Positions 20,048 to 29,086 of a stretch of 41,734 nucleotides of DNA are shown piece after piece. The notes under the pieces were generated by a model. It saw nothing but the letters and a program-made list of their open reading frames with translations, ran no database searches and was not told where the DNA came from. How positions within the stretch are numbered: the stretch's first letter is position 1; every line of letters begins with the position of its first letter. This stretch comes from a virus (taxonomy: Duplodnaviria > Caudoviricetes): positions 1-41,734 of the IMG/VR virus record IMGVR_UViG_3300017777_004807; one strand, 5' to 3'. Made by a program: the position numbers and the translations under genes.

Positions 20048-22507
20048 ATGAATAAGACATATTATCCAAAAAATTTAGTATCTACAATAAGCAATGAAGA
20101 ATTGAAAATATCGTTTTCTTCAATAGGATTAGAACTTTATACTGCGATCACCGTTAGCGATGATATACCGCTCACGCTAATCTTCGTAGATAGTATTGCA
20201 GCAATAATTAAAAGATTTTATTCTGCTTGCGGCATACAAGATAAAATCTTGGCACTAAAACCAAATTATCTAACATTTTTAAATGGCGAACATGCACCAG
20301 TAATAAAAGAAACACATCCATTCTATCAATTGTTTGATATTATCATTTCAGAGAGATTTCAAGAAGGTAACAATTTTAAACATAATGTTTCTATTGGGGT
20401 AAATGCTAAGACCCTTGCGACATTTTTGTATGAATATGTTTCAAGCAGTTTAACGTCTGAACAATTTTCATTTCTAAAATCTGCATTTGTCTATGCAGTG
20501 AAAAGTTATGTTCAAGATAAAAACAATTACTCGTACAAGCATTATAAAATCGATACTCACAGCACAAAAGATTTAAGTGAATTAAGCCCACAAAATTTGT
20601 TTTATGATTTTAATCCTCAATATAACTTTTACAACAAACAATACGAAAACTTATTTTCAACAGCACTTAAACGAGAATCAGTAATCCCAAATTATTATGT
20701 AGCAGAACAATATCTTTTCACAAATGAGTCGGATAGAGTCAAAAATATAGTTTCTCTGGGAGATAAAATAAAAGTCACTGAGCAATCAATTTTGAGTAAT
20801 CAGTATTTCACTGATTATTCGAAAGCCATAACAGAAATGAAACTGCCAGAAGAAATAAACTCGATTAAAAAGGTTAGGAATTATGTTTTAGATTCATCCT
20901 GCGTAAATCCTGCCAATAACCAACTTTCTTCCGAAAACTTTCCATATGCTGTGAATTTAAAGTTTTCAAATTATCCGACCGATTCTTTATTGAGTGTTGT
21001 TGAAAAAGGTGGATTATCTCTTATGCTTGCAAATAATTCACATAAGAAATTTGTGGAGGAAACACCAACAGCAGAAATGGTGTACGTCAAATCGGAGCGA
21101 CACAAGAAAACACCATCGGAGAATGGAGACTTTGTTGATATTGATGGAGAACGCTACATCATTACCACAACAACTAATTTCACAGAAGAAAATATACAAA
21201 TAGTAGATTACAAGAGTATAGTGAGCTTTAAAATACCAACGTCAGACAACGATGATACTATTGTTGGGTTTGAGACTTATAGTTTAAATGATTTACGCTT
21301 ATACACAAAGCACAACAGAAAAAGACTATCTATGTTAAAAACTCCATTAAGTATTTTTCCATATATAACTCTTACAAATAAAATAACTGAAATATGTAAT
21401 AGCAAACTTGACTACTCAGTTGTTCTAAATTTTAGCCCATTAGATGTTTATCCGATTTGTTATCAAATAGAAAAAAAGCAACTTTCGTTATCAGCAGGAA
21501 ATTTAACATCAATAACGCCAACTCCGAATAGCTCACCACTAGTATTAGGATCGGTAAAAAATAGTATAGTAACAATAGCAAGAAGTAGTGATTCAACAGA
21601 GTGTTCATTCGTTGATACACAAATAATTTATGAAAAAGAATATATATACGATATAAGCACAATTAATTTAATTAATTCATTTACTTACACTTTTGAAGAA
21701 GTTCGTTATTCAAATAATGAACTTCAAAATTTAACAGAATTCAAGATTGTCATGGAAGGTGAATGTGCGTTTCACAAGAATTCTATATTTTCTGATAATG
21801 TTGAAGTGATTGATAACCCACCGACAACGGTGGACGTTAATATTGTTCCATATATTGGCTCGCCGGGAACAATGCTGTTTTTGTTGAATACCCAGGACAC
21901 CACAACTGTAGAGCATCCAAAACTAATTTTTCAATCTGAAAAGAAACTTTTCGACAGAATCAGAAGAAAACAAAAGCTAAATTCAAGAAAAGTTATGTTC
22001 GAAACAATAAGCGATTTAAAGTCAGTACAAGTATTTAGAACAACTACTCCCCCTACCCGATATAATGATTTCCAAAATAGTCTTTATAGAATAGTAAATT
22101 TTGATGACGCAACCGCAACAAGTTTTAGAGATGGTTTAAGTCAAAATACTAAATACTATTATACTTTTAGATCAGTAGATGTACATAACAACATTTCAAA
22201 TCCTACAGAGGTATTCGAAGTAGAAATTATTAACAACGACGGGGCTGTATATTCTATTGTAAAACTATTTACTATGGAAGAAAAAGAAAATTATGTTTTT
22301 GAAAAATCTTTTAAAAAATATTTAAGCATTAATCCTTCAGTATTATTTACCCAAGTCGTAAAACAAGAAGATGATACAATAGTATTTGGCACAGAAACTG
22401 GACTTTGGGAACAAGAATTCAAAGTAAGAATAACAAGCAAGAAAAGTGGTAAATCATTTGATGTTAATTTGAAATTCAAAAAACGAATAAGAGAATTGAT
22501 AAATTAA
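20048..22507 (+). CDS. Virion protein with C-terminal fibronectin-III/Ig-like segments (819 aa)
   Basis: YQIEK...FVDTQIIYEKEYIYDI and VQVFR...FRDGLSQNTKYYYTFRSVDVHNNISNP are Fn3-like strand patterns. Confidence 0.55.
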   Translation: MNKTYYPKNLVSTISNEELKISFSSIGLELYTAITVSDDIPLTLIFVDSIAAIIKRFYSACGIQDKILALKPNYLTFLNGEHAPVIKETHPFYQLFDIIISERFQEGNNFKHNVSIGVNAKTLATFLYEYVSSSLTSEQFSFLKSAFVYAVKSYVQDKNNYSYKHYKIDTHSTKDLSELSPQNLFYDFNPQYNFYNKQYENLFSTALKRESVIPNYYVAEQYLFTNESDRVKNIVSLGDKIKVTEQSILSNQYFTDYSKAITEMKLPEEINSIKKVRNYVLDSSCVNPANNQLSSENFPYAVNLKFSNYPTDSLLSVVEKGGLSLMLANNSHKKFVEETPTAEMVYVKSERHKKTPSENGDFVDIDGERYIITTTTNFTEENIQIVDYKSIVSFKIPTSDNDDTIVGFETYSLNDLRLYTKHNRKRLSMLKTPLSIFPYITLTNKITEICNSKLDYSVVLNFSPLDVYPICYQIEKKQLSLSAGNLTSITPTPNSSPLVLGSVKNSIVTIARSSDSTECSFVDTQIIYEKEYIYDISTINLINSFTYTFEEVRYSNNELQNLTEFKIVMEGECAFHKNSIFSDNVEVIDNPPTTVDVNIVPYIGSPGTMLFLLNTQDTTTVEHPKLIFQSEKKLFDRIRRKQKLNSRKVMFETISDLKSVQVFRTTTPPTRYNDFQNSLYRIVNFDDATATSFRDGLSQNTKYYYTFRSVDVHNNISNPTEVFEVEIINNDGAVYSIVKLFTMEEKENYVFEKSFKKYLSINPSVLFTQVVKQEDDTIVFGTETGLWEQEFKVRITSKKSGKSFDVNLKFKKRIRELIN

Positions 22508-22537
22508 CAAATGTTTATTAAAAAACATTCCATAACA

Positions 22538-22544
22538 CTAATTA
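22538..22544 (+). promoter_or_regulatory. Putative late-promoter motif CTAATTA
   Basis: Intergenic, followed by AGAGG and ATG 22564. Confidence 0.4.
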
Positions 22545-22563
22545 AAAAGAGGCGAAACAACAA

Positions 22564-23493
22564 ATGGCATTTTTAGACAATAGCGGAGATATTATTCTTG
22601 ATGCAGTATTGACAGATACTGGTCGGCTTCGATTAGCAAAAGGTGATGGATCTTTTAAAATCGCTAAATTTGTTTTGGCCGACGATGAAATCAATTATGG
22701 CTTATACGATAAGAATCACGCTTCCGGCTCTGCTTATTATGATTTAGACATTCTACAAACTCCAATTTTCGAAGCATTTACAAACAACACATCCGTCGTA
22801 AAACATACGCTTATGTCCATTTCAAGAACTAATCTTCTTTATCTTCCTACAATGAAGCTGAATCAAAACGTAGGTACGACTGGAACAGGAGGATCTACAA
22901 TTACTGGAACACCTTTGAGTAGTATTGGATTGTATATAGTTGCAACCGATGATGACAGCACCATAACGGCAATAGGCAGTACAGCCGGTTCTTTTACTAA
23001 AACTACCACTGGTTACATTAGAATTGATCAAGGAATTGATTCAGAAGAACTTAGCTCCGCAACTCCTATCGACTCGTTTTTGAATGAAACACAATATATT
23101 ATAGAATTAGATAATAGATTAGGAAGATTAAACACAGGAGGCAACTCAATGACCTCCGTTCCTCCTTCTTTCATTGATGACGATAACGTTGCAAGTTATT
23201 ATGCTTCTATAAGTGGGAATTCCAACATGATTGAGAACATCATAACTGATGATACTTCCACAACTACACGCTTACTCAATCAAGTTATCCGTGGCCCAAG
23301 AGGAACCTGTATAGGGTTTCAAGTAAAGCCATCTGTTTCTTTGAATACTAGTACCTACTTATTTACCACATTGGGCTCAACTTTCGTATTGGGTTCTACA
23401 ACTTACTATTACATTGATACAAACTTGGTTGTTCGTGGTGTAACAACCGGATCTTCGATATCGATACCAATTAGATTTATAAAAGCACAATAG
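22564..23493 (+). CDS. Baseplate/tail structural protein with tail-collar-like N-terminus (309 aa)
   Basis: MAFLDNSGDIILDAVLTDTGRLRLAKG...IAKFVLADDEINY; AGAGG RBS-like site upstream; Ser/Thr-rich. Confidence 0.6.
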   Translation: MAFLDNSGDIILDAVLTDTGRLRLAKGDGSFKIAKFVLADDEINYGLYDKNHASGSAYYDLDILQTPIFEAFTNNTSVVKHTLMSISRTNLLYLPTMKLNQNVGTTGTGGSTITGTPLSSIGLYIVATDDDSTITAIGSTAGSFTKTTTGYIRIDQGIDSEELSSATPIDSFLNETQYIIELDNRLGRLNTGGNSMTSVPPSFIDDDNVASYYASISGNSNMIENIITDDTSTTTRLLNQVIRGPRGTCIGFQVKPSVSLNTSTYLFTTLGSTFVLGSTTYYYIDTNLVVRGVTTGSSISIPIRFIKAQ

Positions 23494-23508
23494 GATAAAA
23501 TTTATTCA

Positions 23509-24552
23509 ATGGCAACAACCTTTAAAAACTTCACATCAGCAGACATAGCATCAACAAAAACTTTGCTTAATGAAGCTATTCCAATAACTGGAACAATTGT
23601 ATCAGGAACCTATTCCGATTTAAATATTCAGAATTACGCTCACCAGATGTTTCAATCTGTTTATGATTATCCCTATCTAAGCTCCTCAGCAAATCACATA
23701 TTTGATTTAGCAGTTGGATTTTCTTCGGATTCTACTTTATCTTCTTCAATTGGCACACAAACCAATAAAAAGATAAATATGTACAATCAAATGTCACAAA
23801 TTTTGGTTGGTTACAACACATCAGGCTCTTTACAAAAATTTGATAGAGATGGTAGTTTTGCAATTACAACCGGCAGTAACGATAAGATCAAGGAAGCTTT
23901 CTTCATACCTTTCGCAAGACTGCTGACAAAAGACGAAATTAAGAAAGGTTCCTTCTCTATCTCTGTTTTTGCAAGCGGAACCTCTAATAGCTCATTGGCC
24001 ACTTTGGTTACTGCTTCCGATTACGGTGCTGCAACTGATTACAGAACAAACTCACCAGCAGGAGAATATGGAATTCTTTACACTTCTTCTGCTGCTGCCG
24101 CAGATACTGGCGTAGGATTGATCTATTACCAAGCAGGAATCGCTGTGCTGACCGCATCACTCTTCACTGGTGTCTTTGGTCCAAGAGCAGATAGCTCGGC
24201 TCATACGTCGTCTGTGAGGGCTTATATGACAAGTGGTAGTATTACTGGTTCATGTGATGCAATAAGAAATAGAATATATAATATTTCTTTCAACAATACT
24301 ACTGAACTAAACTCTACAATTTACTTCTGTCGTGCAAACCATAATGAATTCAATTATTCATCAAACCCAACTTATGTATCAAGTAGCAAAATAGTTGTAA
24401 AGAATGAAAGTTCTGATCCTCCAATTTCTTATGTTACTACGGTAGGTTTGTATTCAGCAGATAATGAATTGTTGGCGGTTGCTAAACTTTCAGAACCACT
24501 TAAAAAGACAATTGATTCAGAATTAACAATAAGAACCAGAATTGATTTTTAA
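23509..24552 (+). CDS. Baseplate/tail structural protein (347 aa)
   Basis: C-terminal EFNYSSNPTY...YVTTVGLYSADNELLAVAKLSEPLKK...IRTRIDF; paralogous to the next gene. Confidence 0.6.
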   Translation: MATTFKNFTSADIASTKTLLNEAIPITGTIVSGTYSDLNIQNYAHQMFQSVYDYPYLSSSANHIFDLAVGFSSDSTLSSSIGTQTNKKINMYNQMSQILVGYNTSGSLQKFDRDGSFAITTGSNDKIKEAFFIPFARLLTKDEIKKGSFSISVFASGTSNSSLATLVTASDYGAATDYRTNSPAGEYGILYTSSAAAADTGVGLIYYQAGIAVLTASLFTGVFGPRADSSAHTSSVRAYMTSGSITGSCDAIRNRIYNISFNNTTELNSTIYFCRANHNEFNYSSNPTYVSSSKIVVKNESSDPPISYVTTVGLYSADNELLAVAKLSEPLKKTIDSELTIRTRIDF

Positions 24553-24560
24553 TCTCCGTA

Positions 24561-24567
24561 ATATTTA
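24561..24567 (+). promoter_or_regulatory. Putative late-promoter motif ATATTTA
   Basis: Intergenic, 18 nt upstream of ATG 24586. Confidence 0.3.
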
Positions 24568-24585
24568 GTAAATAGCAATAGTATT

Positions 24586-25758
24586 ATGTCATTTAAAAAA
24601 ATAAAACCAAATGAAATTTTTATTAATCAAGTAGAATTTAATCCAAAAGTAAATTTCTTTATTTACAATGGCACACCTTACTTAAACAATAAAAATCAAA
24701 TATCTGGAGCTTTTACTGCTAATGTCGGGAATGTTCCAACTGGTTTTATAAATCTATATGAAATGAATGTTGATAGAAACATATCAGCAACTGGACTTAT
24801 ATATCCATTCATTACTAAAGATGGCAGTCTAACTTCTTTTAAAACGATATCTACAACATCTTTTAATTCTGATTTCTCGTATGGGGATATCGTTACTGGT
24901 TCTTATCCTCTTAGTTCTTCAATAAGTAGAGACTATTATCAATTCGGGGAAACTCGCACAAGAATACAAGCATTACAGAATACACTAAATTATTATAAGT
25001 CTAGTAATCATTATGCTTATTCTTCCTCGCTTGGAAATAAAGCGACTCAGCCGCTGAATCTTATAAGCATACCATCAATTTTTTATGGAGACTCAATAGA
25101 GAAAGGTTCTATAGATTTATCTTTTTATATCTCTGGAACCCTTATAGGAAAACTGCAAGACACAAAGAAGAATGGAGAGTTAATACAAGTTGGACCAACA
25201 GGCTCCTTGAATACAGGTTCTGTAGCAGGAGTGGTTTTATACACAGAGGGATTTATCCTTCTAACTGGATCTTGGGGTTTAGAATCTGGTGTGGCAAGAA
25301 ACTATCTAAATGATATTTCAAATCAAGTTACTTCTTCTTGGCTTTATTTTGGAACTGGAATCCAGGGTAGCGAAATTTATACTGCTGGGAACTTGCCATC
25401 TTCAAGCTTTGACATTAAATTTAATGGAGTCAATAAGACTCCAATTATGACGATGCTTGTCCATGCCGATAGAGGAGAATATAATCATTCATCCAATCCT
25501 ACATTTATCAAACAAAGTCAAAGAACAAGTCCGATTACTAGCTCAACAGCATTCGTAGAAAACAAAACGATAAATCCGGCAAATGTTGTTTCAAGTTCAT
25601 ATAATGATCCGCAAGAATATTTAGAAAAAACAACTTTCATAACAAAGATCAATATATACGACGAAGATAAAAATCTTATTGGAGTTGCTAAAGTTGCAAA
25701 GCCTGTAAGGAAAACACAGGACAGAAGCTTAACGTTTAAACTACGTTACGATTTATAA
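24586..25758 (+). CDS. Baseplate/tail structural protein, paralog of 23509..24552 (390 aa)
   Basis: Shared motifs I.KGS..(L/I)S, VG.(V/I).Y..G...LT, EYNHSSNPTF, FITKINIYDEDKNLIGVAKVAKPVRK...FKLRYDL. Confidence 0.6.
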   Translation: MSFKKIKPNEIFINQVEFNPKVNFFIYNGTPYLNNKNQISGAFTANVGNVPTGFINLYEMNVDRNISATGLIYPFITKDGSLTSFKTISTTSFNSDFSYGDIVTGSYPLSSSISRDYYQFGETRTRIQALQNTLNYYKSSNHYAYSSSLGNKATQPLNLISIPSIFYGDSIEKGSIDLSFYISGTLIGKLQDTKKNGELIQVGPTGSLNTGSVAGVVLYTEGFILLTGSWGLESGVARNYLNDISNQVTSSWLYFGTGIQGSEIYTAGNLPSSSFDIKFNGVNKTPIMTMLVHADRGEYNHSSNPTFIKQSQRTSPITSSTAFVENKTINPANVVSSSYNDPQEYLEKTTFITKINIYDEDKNLIGVAKVAKPVRKTQDRSLTFKLRYDL

Positions 25759-25776
25759 ATTAAGATATAAGGAAAA

Positions 25777-26310
25777 ATGGAAAAATCCCCAATGATATTA
25801 GGGCTGGACGTAAGTTCCTCTAAGATCGGAATTGCAGTTTTGAATATGGATAAAAAGATTGTTACGGCTGACGTTATAAAATTTAAGCCAGAAACTTCTT
25901 TGGAAGAGCGTGCAAAATTATTAGAGAATAAACTTAACAAACTTCAAAATTATTATTTAATAACAGAAGTGTTTGTCGAAGAACCATTCATTGCATTTGG
26001 TGGAGGAAAAACCACAGCACATACAATGGCAAAATTACAAAGATTTAATGGGATGTGTTGCTACTCAATCTATAATGTTTTTCAAAGCCCACCACAGATG
26101 GTAAATGTTAGAGTCGCAAGAACTAAATTGGGAATAAAAATTCCAAGAGGGATAAAACCAACCGAGGTAAAAAGATACATTATTGATTTTATTCAACTAA
26201 GTAATCCAGAGTTTTCTTATAATTTAACAGCACATGGCAATCCAGTTCCAGGCACCGATGATAAAGCAGATGCCGTCGTAATAGCATTATACGGATTGCA
26301 AACTATTTAG
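25777..26310 (+). CDS. RuvC-like Holliday junction resolvase
   Basis: RNase H-fold catalytic pattern ILGLDVSSSKIGIAV (D), VFVEEP (E), DDKADA (D..D); AAGGA upstream. Confidence 0.8.
   Translation: MEKSPMILGLDVSSSKIGIAVLNMDKKIVTADVIKFKPETSLEERAKLLENKLNKLQNYYLITEVFVEEPFIAFGGGKTTAHTMAKLQRFNGMCCYSIYNVFQSPPQMVNVRVARTKLGIKIPRGIKPTEVKRYIIDFIQLSNPEFSYNLTAHGNPVPGTDDKADAVVIALYGLQTI
26303..26309 (+). promoter_or_regulatory. Putative late-promoter motif CTATTTA
   Basis: 5 nt upstream of the J-domain gene ATG; overlaps the resolvase stop. Confidence 0.4.
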
Positions 26311-26314
26311 TTTT

Positions 26315-26971
26315 ATGAAACCTGCATTGGTTCTTAAAAAATATAAAAAACAATTTCTTGAACTTAAATATTTGTATGCGGAGTTGGATTATTTTGAAGA
26401 CACTCTTAAAGAAGCCCACGAAGAATTTAAAAAAGCATTTCACGAAAGATGTAAAGAAAAAAACATCAACATTCAAAATCCAGAAATTCAAACTCATCAA
26501 GAAACTTGCTCAACAGACCTCCAATTATTCGAAGAGAAAGAAGAAGAATCGGCTGAGCAAAATCATCAGAATTATAGCGAGCCTGTTGAGCCTCTTACCG
26601 AAGACTGGACCACAGAACAAAAGGATGAAGATTTTACAAGGTTATATAGAAAGATTGTTACCATTACTCACCCAGATACAATTTCTGCTGGCGAAAGAGA
26701 AGAAGTTAAAGAAATAAGAATGCGACAATTTCTTGAAGCACAAGAAGCTTACAAAAACAAAAATTGGTATATAATCTGTCAGTTAGCCTTAGATCTTGGA
26801 ATAGAGCTACCAGAACCAAAGAAACAACATTTAAAATGGCTTGAAGATGAAGCCACCAAGGTTAAAAGCAGAATCAGCCATATTAAAGATCTTTTTGCTT
26901 GGGTTTGGTATAATGAGGAAAACAATAAAAATAACATTATGGATCAATATATTTCTATTGTTGTGAAGTAG
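26315..26971 (+). CDS. J-domain (DnaJ-like) protein with N-terminal coiled coil
   Basis: FTRLYRKIVTITHPD...MRQFLEAQEAY matches J-domain helix II, HPD (26669-26677) and helix III. Confidence 0.7.
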   Translation: MKPALVLKKYKKQFLELKYLYAELDYFEDTLKEAHEEFKKAFHERCKEKNINIQNPEIQTHQETCSTDLQLFEEKEEESAEQNHQNYSEPVEPLTEDWTTEQKDEDFTRLYRKIVTITHPDTISAGEREEVKEIRMRQFLEAQEAYKNKNWYIICQLALDLGIELPEPKKQHLKWLEDEATKVKSRISHIKDLFAWVWYNEENNKNNIMDQYISIVVK

Positions 26972-26991
26972 TGCCACATATGATATGATGG
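26961..26991 (+). promoter_or_regulatory. Putative sigma70-type (early/middle) promoter of the primase gene
   Basis: TTGTGA (26961-66), 17-nt spacer, TATGAT (26984-89) preceded by TG (extended -10). CATATGATATGATGG matches the site at 29087 in 14 of 15 nt. Confidence 0.55.
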
Positions 26992-26995
26992 CTGA

Positions 26996-27925
26996 ATGAG
27001 CACCAAAACATCATTACTTGAAGTAGCCCTTGGAGAATATCAAAGATCTGGCAATGAGCTTTTGTTTTTTTGTGAATTCTGCAAACATCATAAGAAAAAG
27101 TTTAGCGTAAATATTGTAACAAATAGTTATAAATGTTGGATTTGCAATGTAAGAGGCAGGAACATTCGCAGATTTTTAAAAGCTAAGCTGTCGTACTCTC
27201 AGTTGTACGAATGGGATAAAATAAATAATATTGTTGATTTAAACGACTTGAACGATGATATGTTTGTAGAAAGAGTTCAAATACAGGAGCAGACAATAGA
27301 TCTTCCGCAACAATTTGTTTCATTAGCGAACAAGCAACTTCCGCTAACATCCAAATTTGCATTAAAATATCTCTATGATCGTGGTCTAACAAAAGAAGAT
27401 ATTGTTATGTGGAAAATAGGCCATTGTGCAGATGGAGAGTATAAAGGTCGCATTATCGTCCCATCTTTCAATCTTGAAGGAAAGTGTGATTATTTTGTCG
27501 CAAGAGGATATGGCAGAGAATATCCGAAATATATAAATCCAAATGCAACCAAAGACATTGTTTTCAACGAACTTTATATAAACTGGAATAAAGATATTGT
27601 TTTAGTAGAAGGAGTTTTCGATGCAATAAAATGTGAGAATGCGATACCATTGCTTGGTTCAACGTTGGAAGAGAAAACAACTTTATTCAATAAAATCATT
27701 CAGTATGATCCAATTGTTTATATTGCACTTGATCCAGACGCAGAGAAAAAATCCAATAGCATTCTTAATAAATTTATTCGCTATGATATACGAGTTTATA
27801 AAATTGACGTTACTGGGTTTGATGACGTTGGAGAAATGACAAAAGAACAATTTATAGAGAGAAAAGAGCAAGCAAGATTAATTAATGAGAATTGGATGCT
27901 TGAAAGTCAAATTATGGCTATTTAA
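26996..27925 (+). CDS. DNA primase (zinc-binding domain plus TOPRIM)
   Basis: CEFC...CWIC zinc site; YL..RGL; RIIVP...YFVAR...KYIN; TOPRIM VEGVFDA, ALDPDAE, DVGEM. Confidence 0.9.
   Translation: MSTKTSLLEVALGEYQRSGNELLFFCEFCKHHKKKFSVNIVTNSYKCWICNVRGRNIRRFLKAKLSYSQLYEWDKINNIVDLNDLNDDMFVERVQIQEQTIDLPQQFVSLANKQLPLTSKFALKYLYDRGLTKEDIVMWKIGHCADGEYKGRIIVPSFNLEGKCDYFVARGYGREYPKYINPNATKDIVFNELYINWNKDIVLVEGVFDAIKCENAIPLLGSTLEEKTTLFNKIIQYDPIVYIALDPDAEKKSNSILNKFIRYDIRVYKIDVTGFDDVGEMTKEQFIERKEQARLINENWMLESQIMAI
27918..27924 (+). promoter_or_regulatory. Putative late-promoter motif CTATTTA
   Basis: 4 nt upstream of the kinase ATG; overlaps the primase stop. Confidence 0.4.
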
Positions 27926-27928
27926 TAT

Positions 27929-29074
27929 ATGGCAATAAAAATAAGAATACTTAAAGAAGCAACAGCTTTTGGAACAGCAGTTATGCCTGGGAAGGTAGCT
28001 TCTCCTGTCCAGGGTCTTCCTCGATTACCGGCAAGTTTGGTTGCTGAAAAATATAACTTAGAAATAGTAAAGGATTTGAGTGTAGGAAAAACTGCTTTTT
28101 CTGACGTATATCTAGCTGAACCAAAAACTATTGCCGACTTTGGATTCCAAAAGCAGGTTGTTCTGAAACTTTCTAAAAATTCAAATGAGCATATAGCTTA
28201 TGATAAAATAAAAGAAATCAAACAACAGATGATAATATCAAAAGATGAAGCTGATAATGCAGCAGCAAAATTCTTACCAAATGTATATGTCGCTGAATCA
28301 ATAATCATTGATCGAAAAGGATTCAATGTAGATTCATACAATAGCATAATTGTCATGGAAGTTCTTAAAGACACCCATGCTGGCGTATCAGATATAACGA
28401 GCAACCCTATATCTAAGCCGTCTTTGTTATTGAAGCTTCTTAAAGAGGAAAACTTTGTTTATAAATTAGTAAAAACAGCTTTCAACTCTGTTGCAGACGA
28501 AAAGTTTCGAATTGATGACGAAGTAAAGCAAAAAATAATGAATGATATTTTTACTGGAAAAGATTTAGAAATCCCATCTGGATCAAAAAATGATAGTTTT
28601 TTTAATCATTTCAAATTACCACAGGCTATTTATCGGTTGGCAACCGATCCAAAAGATAAAGAAGCTTTTATAATAGCCGAAACGGAACTTAATAGAATCG
28701 CTAGAATAATATTTATGAATTGGCCACAAAATAGATCTTGGATGAAGATTAAATTTGCGGAACGGTTTATGCATACACTTGGAACATCAATTCCTGTTGC
28801 TCCAAAGTCAGGAAAAAATCCATATGATCAGAACAAAGAAACCTCACCAGAAGAAGATTATGGCGGAATCGCTATATCTTTCAACAATGCACTACAACGC
28901 TTAGAAAATTACGGAATGTCAAGACGAGATCTACATGGCAACAATTACATGATGCGTTCTGATGGTCATCTCGTCATTTCAGACCCTGGATTATTCACTT
29001 CAACAACAACAGGCATAACAGAATCCTTTTTAAGAAAGATTATAAAAAAAGAAATAGTTAGTCTTTTCTCTTAA
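27929..29074 (+). CDS. Atypical protein-kinase-like (PKL-fold) protein
   Basis: Degenerate Gly-loop LSVGKTAFSDVYLA, VVLK lysine, helix-C Glu (NEH), hinge IVMEVL, catalytic RRDLHGNN, Mg-binding ISDPG. Confidence 0.75.
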   Translation: MAIKIRILKEATAFGTAVMPGKVASPVQGLPRLPASLVAEKYNLEIVKDLSVGKTAFSDVYLAEPKTIADFGFQKQVVLKLSKNSNEHIAYDKIKEIKQQMIISKDEADNAAAKFLPNVYVAESIIIDRKGFNVDSYNSIIVMEVLKDTHAGVSDITSNPISKPSLLLKLLKEENFVYKLVKTAFNSVADEKFRIDDEVKQKIMNDIFTGKDLEIPSGSKNDSFFNHFKLPQAIYRLATDPKDKEAFIIAETELNRIARIIFMNWPQNRSWMKIKFAERFMHTLGTSIPVAPKSGKNPYDQNKETSPEEDYGGIAISFNNALQRLENYGMSRRDLHGNNYMMRSDGHLVISDPGLFTSTTTGITESFLRKIIKKEIVSLFS

Positions 29075-29086
29075 TTGTTGGCCCGT

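Noticed and set aside
22510-22529. Inverted repeat AATGTTT-N6-AAACATT as a terminator
   Set aside because: The stem is very AT-rich with no downstream U-tract; too weak to call.
4040-25758. Interpretation as a tailocin, eCIS or T6SS locus
   Set aside because: Terminase, portal, primase and lysis-like genes in the same run show a DNA-packaging phage.
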